A stretch of 64,000 bases of DNA from Marsupella aquatica (lineage: Eukaryota; Plantae; Marchantiophyta), in NCBI GenBank assembly GCA_973895155.1, contig OZ316894.1, positions 11,758,828 to 11,822,827 of the forward strand. The letters are read 5' to 3'. The notes beneath the pieces were generated by a model. That model was not told the origin of the DNA. It searched no databases and saw only the letters and a list, made by a program, of their open reading frames with translations. Shown one piece after another: positions 26,501-39,810 of the stretch. Made by a program: the position numbers and the translations under genes. The number at the start of each line of letters is the position of its first letter. Position 1 is the first letter of the stretch.

Positions 26501-29500
26501 GGACTATGGTGTCCAATTTTTGAGCAGACACTGAAAATGTTTCTGCACTACTGAGAATCGTTGTACAGTCAACATTACCCAACCCTGCCTGGACGAATCT
26601 ATGCTGACGTACCTGAATTTGAAGTTCGGGAAAAACTCCCATATCATTGCAGCTCTGCCAAGACCTTTGCGAACCAGATCTTCTTTGTCGTCAAGCATTG
26701 AAGCTTCAGGCAGATTGTGTCATCATACAAACTAGGGTATGATCATGGGTTGGCCAAGGGAAGAGTATCATCTCGGTGGCCGGTTACACTGTCAAATAAG
26801 CTACAATCATAGCCATATGTTGTGAGCACTGCATATAAGCGTTTAAGGAGAGAGGAGAAACTACATATTGTGGATGAGCGATCTCTTCATCTTGATGTTA
26901 TTTCTGGGCACTTGTCGATGATTCTATAATTTCGACCTCATGTCTTTTTCGCCCTGCTGAGTTGTAACATAGTCCGGAGAATTTTGACAATCATTTTATA
27001 GGGGAAAAGCTTGCGGTCATTTGCCTTATGGTTAGTTAAAGTAAAGCAAGGACTGCACAGGAAGTGGAGTTATTGGGTAGAGCTTTGGATGGGTACAGCT
27101 TGGAGCTGTTCTCGTTAATTCTTGGGTTTCCATTCCTTTGATTAGGAGTTTTATTGCAAGCACGAGATCTGTCAAGAAATATATCTAGAACAATTATTCT
27201 TGCTTGGAATGTTCTATTGGTTTAACTTCCCTTGTATAGTATTTCATGAATGTCAAAATACAACTTATGCGTTCAGGGACTGTATCACTTCTTGCTGTGA
27301 ACGTACAACATGTCAGTTGTCGCTGTTTACCGCGTGGATTTGTCATTCTTTCCGTGTTCTCTTGTGGCTTCTGTTTTTCTGGTTATGTTTTTGGAGCAGG
27401 TGACAAATTTAAGATACACTGTTGAAGCCATCTCTTCATATCATGTACAATGATAATATACTAATACTGTCTCTGGACCCAGTTTGACTATTTGAAGAGT
27501 CTGGAGATAGAAGAAAAGATCAATAAGATCAGGTGGTGTCAGACCGCCAATGGTGCCAGGTTTCTACTTTCCACCAACGACAAAACAATAAAGTTATGGA
27601 AGGTGCGTAATTTATCTCCGCTGCTGGCAGTGACTGGCAGGAATTTGTACTATGCATGAACTGTGTGACAAAATCTAGTGGTTTAGTGGTTCTTCTGTTG
27701 CATAGGGTCTGACGGTGAAGATTTCGCGAATTGTTAAATCAGACACTTCTATGTTTAACAACAGGCCTATGCATATTAGCAATTACTTTAATTCGGCATT
27801 CCGGCCTAAGTCATGGAAGGATTGTTAATTTGCATCTTCATGCTTTCACGCTTCCAAAATCTTCATGGATGGTGCTAAATTAATATCTTTCTCGTTAGAA
27901 TGGACTTCATGAGGTCTGGTTTCTTGGGTTTCAAGTTCCAAATAAATTTTAGCGGAGTTACTTTGATTATCCAATTTTGTCTTTTATTCACATTCGGAGC
28001 AATTGTCTCGTGGATGCTGGGTTTCGAATTTTCTTGAAGCTGACGGGAGTCAGCACTTCTGAATGTTTACAGTTGTCTTTCAGAAAACTTATATGTTGCC
28101 TTAATAAATTCATCCGGAATCGCCTTGGCCACTTCGCTAATTTATTGCAAATGGGCTTGGCGGGAGAAACCCAGTTTTGAGTTGACCTGGTCGGTACTGT
28201 TGTTTGACTTTGAACAGGTCTCAGAGAAAAAAGTGAAGATTGTATCTAATCTAAATGTAGACCCGTCCGTGCGTGCTGGAAATGGAAGTTTAGTTGGGAC
28301 TAGTCCTGTGTTGAGCCCTAAGGGTTTTGCACCTCGGTCCATCAATGGAGGGGCTGTACGGCGGTCATTTCCAGCCATCAGCAATGATTTTGTGTTTCCT
28401 CCCGGTGGAATTCCATCACTTCGCCTGCCCACGGTAAGTGTTGGTGGTTTAATCTCTGTGTAATAAATGTTATTTAGTGTCTCAGTCTACCTCAACAGGC
28501 TGTTGAATGTCACTCGTAGACATTACGAGGTTATAGCCTTTGGCCATAGTTTGATTATAGGGTTTCGTCGAATTATATTTTGTTTGAAGCGGGCCTGTGG
28601 ATGTCTTTGCTTTTAAACTTCTTGAAAGTTATCGTGATGAACAAAAGGAGTGTCCTAACACTCCGATCGTTCTCTGTCGCTATTTTGGAGGACAGGTTTG
28701 GAGCAATGAAACTGCTCTTGTTGCAAGATGTAGAAGAGTTTATGCAAATGCACATGCGTACCACATAAATTCTATTTCGAACAACAGGTACGGACTTATC
28801 TCGTTCCAGGTATTCCGTGTTGGCTCAGATCCATTCTTGCCACTATTAGAATGTTAACTCATTTAGTTCTTCCACTTGACCTTGGAAGTAACTTCTGCCA
28901 GACCAGCTAGGGCTCTTAGTTAAGTGGAGGGAACTTTGTTGTGGGTCCTTATTCTCAGTTCTTTTCGCTTATATGTTTTGTGTCGGTGCCAGCGATTGTG
29001 AAACATACATATCAGCAGATGATTTGAGGATAAACTTGTGGAACCTGGAAGTCAGTGATCAAAGTTTTAACATTGTAGACATCAAGCCTGTCAATATGGA
29101 AGACTTGACAGGTATGTGTGCCCCTTAAACTTTCACAGTAAAGAGTTTTGGGTATGAGAAAAGTTGCAAATGTTCTTAGCTGCTCTGTTTGTTCAAGTGG
29201 AAGGCAAGGGTGAGCAGGGACGAAAGATTTGGACTACACTGCGTCGAAATATTTAGAATAAAGCTAAGAAGCACTCTTACAGATGCGGAGATTGTGTGCC
29301 TCAAAGTAGACTGAAAGGCGGGATTTTGCAACAGGATGAAATTAAGATTAGTGAGATTGCTTTTTGGCCTTTATTGTCTTTTAGTTGGAGATACACTTTC
29401 CAACAGCTGGTATTGCTCTTCAGCAGAGTCCTACACTTTTAATTACTCTCGTAGTAGTCGGACAGGACCTTGCTCAGCCAACGCGTAGAAGTGGAGTTCT

Positions 29501-31894
29501 GGAGGTCTTGTACGTGTTAGTCCTTAATGATGCGTCGAGGGCTCGTAGGATGGATCATACAGGATTACCATGGGTTCTGTCTCTACCTATTGTCATAGCC
29601 GAGGCTTTACAAACGGTGTGGTTGTGCAGAGGTTATCACATCAGCAGAGTTTCATCCTACTCATTGCAACACGTTAGCTTATAGTAGTTCGAAGGGCACC
29701 ATCCGCCTGATTGACATGCGGCAGTCAGCTTTATGTGACCAGCACGCAAAACTGTACTTGATCGTTCTCAGCCTCTTTCGCAGAAAATGTTGCCTTTGTG
29801 TTTATGGATTAATGTCTGAGGTCGAATGTAATAGCGCTGTCAGTATTTCAACCATTTGATATCATGCGCTGGACAAATTTCCTTTCCGTTTTGTGAATTC
29901 TTTTCTGCCTGTATCTAATTGGTCTACAGTCTTGGATGATTAAATTGGAAGACCAAATAACCTTCGCCATAGAACTGTTGGGGGTAATAACAGAGGATCG
30001 GCCCCATCGGTGGTCTGTTGTTTACAAGCCAGACTAAATCTGGTTTCTGTCGTTACAGATTTGAAGAGCAGGAGGCACCAGGCTCAAGATCATTCTTTAC
30101 AGAAATCATAGCATCAATTTCTGATATTAAATTTGCAAGAGGAGGCCGTTACATTCTCTCTCGAGATTATATGACTCTCAAGGTGTGACCATTTGTAATT
30201 TTGGCCGTAATGAGACTCTTATATTTTGGCTTTCTCCGTTCAGTGGACACGCAGTTTGCTTCCCTCCTGGATTATGATATTTTGTTTTTGGCTGTTCATA
30301 GCGCACGGGTGGCGAACTCAGCTTGTTTGACTCTGTCTGGAACGAAAATGATGCTTTCGTGGTTTTGATCCTCTCTTCGGTGTAGATAGGGACAATTTGT
30401 CGGTTTGAGCCATTTTGTGGTTATGTGAGTAGCATGTGCCCTGGGTTGGGTGGTCAAATAACCAATGTGGGGGCTAGCAGGCAGTCATGAGGCGACTGAT
30501 AATGACCAGAGTGGGAAGGATACATTCTTTTTAGTCTCTTCTGGGAAGATTGAGTTTTGGAAGCTCTAGTAAACATCAATGGTGGTCATTGATTGCAGTT
30601 GTGGGATGTCAATATGGAGGCCGCTCCTGTTGCAACTTTTAAGGTTCATGAGTATCTTCGCCCTAAGGTAGGCTGGACTCTGTAGGCCATAGTTTGGCCG
30701 AGGGTTACCTTTCGCGGGATAAGCCAGTTTGATCTTATCTTTTGTCATGCATTTTAAATATTGTTCAAGTGTCCTTGTTGATATTATGTTCGCTTAGTTC
30801 CTCTTGTCATCCGCACATATTTTCTGGACTGTTATTAACTTTCTCAACTACTGGCTTGTTTATAGTTATGTGATTTGTATGAGAATGATTCGATCTTTGA
30901 CAAGTTCGAGTGTTGCTTGAGTGGAGATGGACAACGTGTTGCGACTGGCTCTTACAGGTAAAAAAATATTTGAATGACTCGGAACTCGTTACGTATGATA
31001 GCCAGTGTCGTAAAGTATGATAGTCAGTGTAAACAACAGTGTAAATCGATATAGGGAATAAGGAGGGAATAAATTCTATAGAATGAGGGATCGATATAGG
31101 GAATAAATTCAAATTCCCGCCGAAGAATGTTTGAATAAATTCTATAGAATGAGGGATGGCTTTTTTCTAATGAAATCTGGCTCGATTTTCGTTATTTGCA
31201 GCAATTTATTCAGAGTATTTGGGGCTGTTCCTGGTAGTGAGGAGCAATCGACCCTTGAAGCCAGCAAAACTCCAAATAAGTAATAACCTGCTGACCTTTT
31301 GTAGAACTAATGTACATTGTGAATGATTCTCTCAATCATCTATTGTCTATGAAAGATTTGTGATAAAGTTATCACTTGCTCTTCTGGGATGCTGATTGGA
31401 GCTGAGACTGACAGTTTCTATGGGGTTCTTGGACACAGGCGGCCTGTGCAGACACCCACAAAGTCTGGAAATCGTCTTTTTACTGTGCGTGGCCGACGTG
31501 ACAGCAGAGGACGAGGTAGAGTACATCATTTCACACTTTTCCTATCAAGGGCGTTGTCCAATCTAGAAGGCTAGTTGGACTGCAAGGCTCCGTGGCTGCA
31601 ATTTCTTGATGATTGCATGACAAATGTGCAACAGGTTGTCCGCAGCTGCCAGAAAGCACTTCCGCTCCTGATTGATTCAGTTCCCCGGTGCTTTGAACAT
31701 CTGAGTCTCATTTTGGGAAGTACTTCAATTAATTGATGTCGTATTGTTTTATGACAGGTGGCGATAGCCCTGGAAGTGAGATGAATGGAGGTCAATATGA
31801 TTTTACATCGAAACTACTGCATTTAGCATGGCATCCAAGTGCACATGTCATAGCGTGTGCTGCTTCTAACAGCCTGTACATGTACTACGCATAG
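23581..31894 (+). CDS. PP2AB: Serine/threonine protein phosphatase 2A 55 kDa regulatory subunit B (B55, WD40)
   Basis: 14 GT-AG exons: 23581-23698, 24917-25020, 25508-25606, 27483-27602, 28218-28433, 28696-28787, 28993-29111, 29630-29753, 30059-30182, 30599-30667, 30866-30957, 31202-31279, 31439-31515, 31758-31894. Signature motifs include [92 protein letters not shown] and KLLHLAWHP...NSLYMYYA*. Confidence 0.98.
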
Positions 31895-34649
31895 GAATCA
31901 TCGTTGTTTTCAGTAAAAATATTCTCAGATCTTGTTTTCCTCCATGATCTGTGAGGCATTTGTTCTCAATTAAAGCCTGAATGTGAATGAATGTTAGTGG
32001 TGTGTTTTTCCAAGCGAAAAAAGTGAATGAATGGAATGTCTTGGTTGATTGGAAGTCTACGGCGTCCCCTGTGTGTGGATTGTGGGATAAATAAGGTCTA
32101 CCCTTTGGGACTGGATCAACTATCGACTACCAGAGGTTTCGCAAGGTAAAGTTGATAAAATAGTTGCCAGAGAATGACGTGTTATATTGTCGTGCCTCAA
32201 GGGAAGAACATGAGGAACGAATAGTCTGATGTGAGCAACTTAGTTTGCAATAGCTAACATGAAGCGTTCCTAAATATAAAACGCTGATGCAGAGCCTTCT
32301 TAGACCGTGTGAGAGTCCGCATTTATATGTGGTCCTAGCTGATATGTAAGATAGTGCTCCTCAGTGAACCAATGAAATGTAGCCGAATGGAGCTACCTCA
32401 TCACCTTAGTCATTTTTTTGTGTTTATGCAGGGTTTGCTGTAATTCGATAAGAGCATGCTCTTCCTTAAGTAGGGCTTCGTTGGATAGACTACCTTTGAA
32501 GATCAGATTAAATCTGATTATGATCCCCTGATCCGTTTCCTGATCTTTAGAGCTCTTTGTACACGCAGCTTTTGGGCAATGGGTGTGTAGACTGGTTTTA
32601 CTGGATGTGGTTTCTTGAGCCATTTCTTTATGGCTGTTACCCCACTAATTACGATACGACTACTATGGATCACTTGTGACCGTACTCGCTCATCCATGCC
32701 TGTGGTGACGACACAGCTAGTACTGGGTTACATCGTTGCTTGTGACAGGACCGCGGCTTGCCTAGTTATGACAGGAGTTTCTTATCGTACTCTGCCTGCG
32801 TACATGGGTTGGTTTCCACCCCTCCTGTGACGGGACTGGCTTGTGTCACCATTTATGTCACAGGATTGAACCGGAAAAGCTAGAAGAATCACAACTATAT
32901 CTGGTTGTTGGGCTTGGGCTTCATACAATCCGCAGCTATGTTATATGGCTACAAGTTATCTGAATGGGAAGTTTCTAAAACATGGTTGTGAAACGGGATT
33001 GCCAGAGTCGACGCTTTCAATAACTGAAAGTTTTGTTGCTACTTGTAGTTTGACCTTGACTTGGCGCCAACTGCGACGGACTTCGAAGAACTTTTATTAT
33101 TATTCATATCATGATACATTAAGAAATGCAACTTTCAAAATCTTTCAGGAAGAATAAACTCTTGCTATACAGCATTGCCAACCATTAATTGCAAAATTTT
33201 AAAGCCAATATGCATTTGTTATAGTAACGAGAATTATAATAGTTGAGAAAATTGATAAAAAATTATCATAAGGTTCCTTCCAAATGCTTCCGACCTCAGT
33301 CCTCAAGGTCAGTGCAACAGTGTAAATAGTTTCAAATGTGTGCAAGGTGAAACTGTGATTTCACCAAGCATAACTAGCTACTGTAGTTCCTAGGAGTCCT
33401 CACCCCAATACTGACACGGCCGAAGCTCTCATGAGTAGTCCGGTTGGTAGGAAACTTTGATCCCAAGGTGAGTTCTTGGTTTCGCATAACGCCCATGTTA
33501 TATGCCCATCTATCACTGTTACTTTTGTGGGTGAGGAGTTATTGTGCAGGGTGGTGAAAGGAGACTAGCATGCCCTGGCAGGTTTGTCATACAGCCACGG
33601 ATGAGTGGGAAATTTGTGGAACCATTAGGAGCTGAGATTGCCTAATGTTTTGGAAACATTTTCTTGGGAAACTTTTATTTAATCAGTTCAAGCGGTATTT
33701 TAACCTCTAGGTGGCTGGAAACCAATTAATAAACTATATCCTTCTACCTGTGAGTGACGGGCTGTTCCCGATGGTAGAGTGGGGGAAGACAATGGAACCC
33801 AAGGATTTCAATTGTTGCTGTTGTTATCTAGAAAGTCACGTCATTGCTTTTGCAGCGTAGCCAGATCGATTGCCACAAAATTTCGTGTTAGTAGGACTGA
33901 AGGCAGGGAAAGTATCCCACTGCATATTATGGCTCAACGAAAGGAACCACGAGATCGGGGCAGGAAAGGAAGACTACGTATTAAAGACCGTGGGTCCATG
34001 ACCACCCACTGAGAAATTTGATCTAGTCATGGCTTTTCTTCAACCTCTCATCAGGATCTTTTAACTTCAATTTGCATGTGCCTCGTGGAAATAATGACCC
34101 TCGAACGTCCAGATTGCTGCCTCTTAGCTCGACTGCCTGCTTCATTCGATCGATTATTCCTGTGGAAGATTCTGGGAGATTTCTGGGAGAATCATAATTA
34201 TCAGAAATTCTAAAGTATCTTTGATAATCTTTCTATGGAAGATATAGGGGCGCACCAACCTTGCTACGATACACAAGGTCTTCAATTGACTGTATCCGCC
34301 AGTTCCGTCGTCAGATTTTGAATGTATATGCTATGTACCCACGGTACACATAGCCCTTCCCTCCCTTTACATATTGGAGTCCTCCCTTCCGAGTTTGCCA
34401 GTCAAAATTGCTAGCAAGCAGAGCCCAGGCAGTGACCAAGGGCCAATTTTTAGAACAAAACTTGTAGTATCCTTGATCTACTCATGTCAAATGCGTGCTT
34501 TCCGAAAAACCATTCCTATCTCAATATGATTCTTTCATCTACTCTCTTGAGTTGAGTCCCTTCGGCACCCTCATATGTTGTGAGAGATACCTCGCTCTAT
34601 GCTGGCATTCATTCGGTGCGCACGATTATATCCTTTGGCATCCTCCTAG

Positions 34650-37600
34650 CTATCTGGTCAAATACGTATACGAACCCAACCTACTCTTATAATTTGTAAG
34701 CAAAATACGAGCATCCCCCACGGATATACATCCATCTGCCACAGCTTCTTCAACTTCTCTTCCCAGCTCTTCCACCATATCATTTACGTCATGGTGAATA
34801 GTGCTCAAAACTTCGGCTATTGTTTGACCCCTGACAACATGTTCAATTGTGTAACCCCTCCCATTATCACCATCTGGGGCACACAAATCACCATTCCGTG
34901 CCTCCACGAGGTCAGTGAACTGCGAAGTCTTGGCCCTTACATGGATAGTGTTGGTAGTCCCAAACAAGTTGTGAGCGCTACCCAGTACTTCCTGCAGAAT
35001 CCGTGAAGAAACCCACATCAGTACTGTACAATCTGCATGACCTCCAAAGGACATAAGTCTCAAATTGTACAGAAATTGACTTGCAATTTCTTCCTCACCT
35101 GATAGACCCCTGCAAGGAACAATCCAAGATAGTACTGGTCCCCGTCCAGTAAGGTATGTAGAGGGAGTGCATCACTTATACCACCCGTGGCACCGACAAA
35201 GCGATCGACTTTCCCATCACTGTCACAAGTCAAGTCAGCTAGAGTAGCTGCAACTGTAGGCTTCTCATTTAAGCGCTGCAGTGGGATTATGGGAAAAATC
35301 TGGCTGATCGCCCACATGTCAGGAGCTGATCGGAACAAAGACAAGTTCACATGATACACAGCGGCCATTGACTTCTGAAGACTTTGCAGTTCTTCTGGAA
35401 CATCGATAGAGTTGACATGAAACAACACCCTATGGCACACTGCCTCGTAGAGTGCATCTGCTTGTGCTCGGTGTTCCAGGCTCAGGTAGCCAAGCTTGAA
35501 AAGGTTACCTCCCTCAAGTTTGAACTGTTTTGCATCATTATAAGCCTTCCGACAATTGATACTGTTCACCGAATGATACACTTCATAAAACGATGACAAC
35601 AGCTGCTCGCCTTTTTGAAGTCTGGTATTGGAAGTTCTCAAACAGGAGTCTGTTGAAATTCCTGCTTTTGACATAGAGTACTTAGCCAGTTTTTCTAGAT
35701 CATCCAAGGCTCTCATCTCTGAAGGTTGACTTCCAGTTAGTACTTCAAAGATCAGTACTGAGTGGTGCGATGCCAAGGCCCGACCACTTTCAGATACAAT
35801 GACAGGGTGAGATATTCCTTTCAGGTGACATGCATCCGCCAAAGCCCCAACAGTATCTTCTGCATAATCCTGTGGGACCACCTTCCAAACTATATCAATG
35901 AGCTGTAAGACGAAACCAAAACGTTTTCCCACACACGAAGAGGGATGGCTATAAGACGACGTGTGACCTTCCCAAAAACACGGCCCGTCAATGGAGGACT
36001 AACAATCATCAGTAGAAATACTTCCCCACGACTAGATGCAGCCGAGGGGTGAGACTTGTATGTCTGATCAAATCTCCAAAAACCTAAATTGGATAAACTG
36101 TCAATATGATAAAGCTCCGCGCTCCTAGAAGGGTGAATCACTATAGAAAACAAACACGTACCTGTAAGGTGTAATTTGTGGATATGCTGGAGTGTTTTTT
36201 GCTACCATCATAGTCAATACCAAGCCCTCCACCAATGTCAATGTAGCCCTAGTGTACAGACATTCCGATGTTCAATTACAGCCTCGTGATTATAAAAAGA
36301 TCCAGCACATTTGTTCGATAAGGAGTGAATATCTTCTTATCATTACGACCACCTGAGGGGGGACTAATGACGAAAATTTCTTTGCTATTCATTGCCTTCG
36401 TACTGTACAGAAAGTGCGTTAATTACACTCTATGGTCGTCTAGGGTTCCAAGAATTCTAGAGATGTCCAAGGTGTGTACACGATCTTGTTCTTGACAGGT
36501 CCCAGCAGGTACTTAGGAAAGAATTGAGGACAAGAAAGTAGACCTACCATGGGTGCCCCCATGAGTGCAAGTTCACAATATAAATTGCTGCCTTCACGCA
36601 TGGCATCTTTGATTATTGATATCGTGGGTATTTGTGACCCTATGTGGAAATGCAGCAGCTGTAGGCAATCCAGCATCATTTCCTGCACATTGAATATCCA
36701 GGTCTTGTCAACCAGTGTCTTTCAGAAGCTATCTGATGGATGACACTTACAAGCCTCCGTTTCTAACCTTTTCAAGTCACTCGTCAATTCTTTGTAGAGG
36801 TGGATTGAAATAGGAATTCGAGTAACCTAAGGAAGGATGAACTGGAATGTCTAAAGCATCAGATTCCAAGCATGTTTTGAAAGAATAAAGACCAACATAC
36901 ATGCCTCAATGTGTATACAATACGAACAATCTCATTTACTGTAAGACCGAATTTCCCAGTGTCGCCTGCTGTGTTTCCCCAATGCCCACAGTGCTTAGTG
37001 CTCAGCTTTGCACGAATGCCAATCAGCGGCCGCACGCCTAAAGCTTTACTACATTTGATTATCAAATCCAATTCCACCATCTGTAAGTATAACCCAAGCC
37101 ACTGGCCACGTTCAGTACAAAATTAATGATTTTTCTGTTAAATCAATTCAAGATTTGAGCAATCAAAACATAGCCCAACGCTAGATTTGAGCAAAGTCCC
37201 CTAGAGCGATGACCCTACATTAGCTTCTTTGTACCACGTGGAATATATCAGCAGACAAAGCTTCAAGCAATGCAACGAGGTGGTCACACCTGCTCGATAA
37301 CAACAAAAGCTTTGATTCCAAGCTGTCTTGCCAAAAGGATACTCTCTATGTAGGCTTTATCCTGCCCAACCAGAGATCAAATTAGACACACGCATTAACG
37401 TTGGAGCTGTGTAAATAGCATCCATTAGGCAAGGTGGTATGTATAACAGTCCAGAAATAAACACATCTCAACATAACAAAGCTAAAAAATGAGTTTAACT
37501 CACAAGAGTAAGAGGTTTGGCACCAAGCAAATATCATAGAAAAAGGAAGTTGTCCAACAGCCAAAGCAAGGTCGCAGAGTTAATATGCCTTGTAGCCATT

Positions 37601-39105
37601 GCAGATGAGTAGTGCACTTCTGCTCTTCCTCAATTTGGCCATGGCGATGAGCAGTTCAGGTTTGGAACCTGCTTCCAATCCAAATTGATACTGCTTACCA
37701 AAACCAACAACTTCTTCGACCAAGAAGCGGTCATGGTTGCACTTAACGGGGAACACTCCCTGGAAATGACTCTGCAATCCCCAAAGCCCACCACATCAGA
37801 TTATCTTCAAGTAAAGCATCATGATGTGTAGAAGCATTATTTTGAAAAGACGACGATTTTCCTTTTCAACATCCCACCTTTCCTGCGAGACTGTCGTAAA
37901 ATCTAAGAATTAGGTAGTCTGAAAAGCATTACGCTGGACATACCTTGTATCTATAAGTCAAAATGGCAGCGTCGAAACTATCTTGGAGCAGCGTCATTCT
38001 ATGATTCAGAATGTTTGGAAACCTAATGACTAGTGGCAACTCCACATTCTTGGCCTTCAATGACTCGATAAGTTCGACGAGATCAACTTCAACGGGGCCT
38101 GCCAGGTCCCAAACACGACAGGTACGTCAAAACCACTTGACAAGAACTGAGAATACTGCTCCGTTCTTTCAGACGTCCCTAGGGCCCCACTGATCTTTTT
38201 GCGAAATTTTGAAGAAAGATGGTTTGCCGAGTCAGCTCCCGGCAAAACTATCCCAGGTAGCTGTGTTTAATTCCTGCATTTGCATGATGGTGCTTAGTCG
38301 CAGATCTCCTTCATAATAAGGAAGAATCCATCTAATTCATTGAACTTTATGCAATTCAAAATGCTACCTTCACTAAACTTCAACGTGTTTACGTTATACT
38401 TTATTCAGTTTCCTACATTAAAATCTCTTCGGATTGGCACGAGCGACACCCGGACCTTCTCAAAGAGGGCAGGCTAGAAACGCAACCGTTCGTCCACAAT
38501 TATTTGCTTTCTGAAATAAGTAGAGCCTCACAATCCAAGAAATTGACATGTCGAGCGCTTCACCAGAGCTACAGCACAATCCAATGACCGAGAAACGTTA
38601 ATGAATAGAATGAGGCGAAACTGAACGCACCATCTGGCAACCCAAGTAGTCGAACACATGCATGCCCCTCAGGACTGACGAAAAAGTACGGAGAACCCCA
38701 CCCTTGCACTCGGTACAGTGCCTCGCTATCAAACGAAGTCCACTGAGCTTCCTCCAAATTGGCCTCCGCCAGCTCCTCCTCGAAGCTACCCGTATTTGAG
38801 GTTCCCAAACTTTCATGTGTCACGGCATTGGACCAATGAAGTGCTGCACCTGCCACACTCCTCCCCTTCCTCCTCCACCTCGGCTCCAGCTGCTGGTATC
38901 GGCATTGGAAGGAAGAGCTCTCGAAATTCTTCACATTCCCAGCGCGAGGGCGACCGCCAGGGCAACAGCGAGAGGAGGAGACTGATGGGCTGGACAGGAC
39001 AGCTCCGCGAGTCGATTCCACGTCCAATTTCGAGCCCGAGCTCGCAGCAACATGGAACTCCTCCGCTCGACATACTGCCCCTGCCGCTGCAGCAGCGAGC
39101 AGCAT
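34650..39105 (-). CDS. ADC: Arginine decarboxylase (PLP-dependent, biosynthetic SpeA type) with an N-terminal plastid-transit-peptide-like extension
   Basis: 9 exons: 38631-39105, 37944-38098, 37589-37771, 37290-37361, 36901-37080, 36548-36682, 36162-36248, 35099-35869, 34650-34991. Motifs: [32 protein letters not shown] (PLP lysine), [89 protein letters not shown]. Confidence 0.97.
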
Positions 39106-39266
39106 GCTTGCTCACACTAGACCAAGCCAATCAATCACCCCTTCTTATTACCCGACCTCAATCAAACAAGGCCCTCCCCTCGTCCCTCGCACTGCATTTC
39201 GATCAAAGCTCCAGAAGTCCAACAACTTACAGTACTGATTACTCATTCCATCAGTACTGTCAGGCA

Positions 39267-39810
39267 CAACATCGCCACGGCAAGCTGCCCATACAGTTTT
39301 CAACGAAAAGAGGAATGGATTCTCGTAAATTCTCGAAGCAAAAATAGTGCACGCTATTCATACGAACTTCCGTCTCAACGTCGTCACGGCAAGCTGCCCA
39401 CCATGTTTTCTACGAAACGAGGAACGGAATTCTTGCAAATCTTCGACGCAAAAATAGTGCGCACTATCCATACGTCAAAACGTCGCCACAGCAAGCTGCT
39501 CACCAGTTTTCTCAACGAATCAAGGAATGGAATTCTGGCATATTATCCATACGAACGTCCGTCTCACCGTCGCCACGGCAAGCTGCCCACCATTTTCTCA
39601 ACGAAACGAGGAATGGCATTCTTTAAAAGTTTTCGAGGCCAAAAAAAATAGTGCGCACCATTCATACGAACTTGCGTCTCATCGTCGCCACAGGAAGCTG
39701 CCCACCATTTTCTCAACCAAACGAGGAATGGGAGGAATGGGAGGAATGGGATTTTTGTAAATTTTCAAGGCAAAAATAGTGCGCGCACTATTCATTCGAA
39801 CTACCGTCTC
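39267..39810. repeat. Tandem array, 5 units of about 90-130 bp, directly upstream of ADC
   Basis: Unit c.tcgccacggcaagctgcccaccattttctcaacgaaacgaggaatgg...aaaaatagtgcgcactattcatacgaac..ccgtct starts at about 39267, 39376, 39478, 39566 and 39680. Confidence 0.93.

Noticed and set aside
25607-27482. Possible hidden or poison exon or U12 intron in the long PP2A intron 3
   Set aside because: The donor is GTATGC rather than the U12 GTATCCTT, the flanking exons join in frame through the conserved HEPE|FDYL motif, and no exon could be supported.
38718-39347. 209-aa plus-strand ORF antisense to ADC exon 1
   Set aside because: It is a shadow of the GC-rich ADC exon and gives a low-complexity Pro/Ser product.
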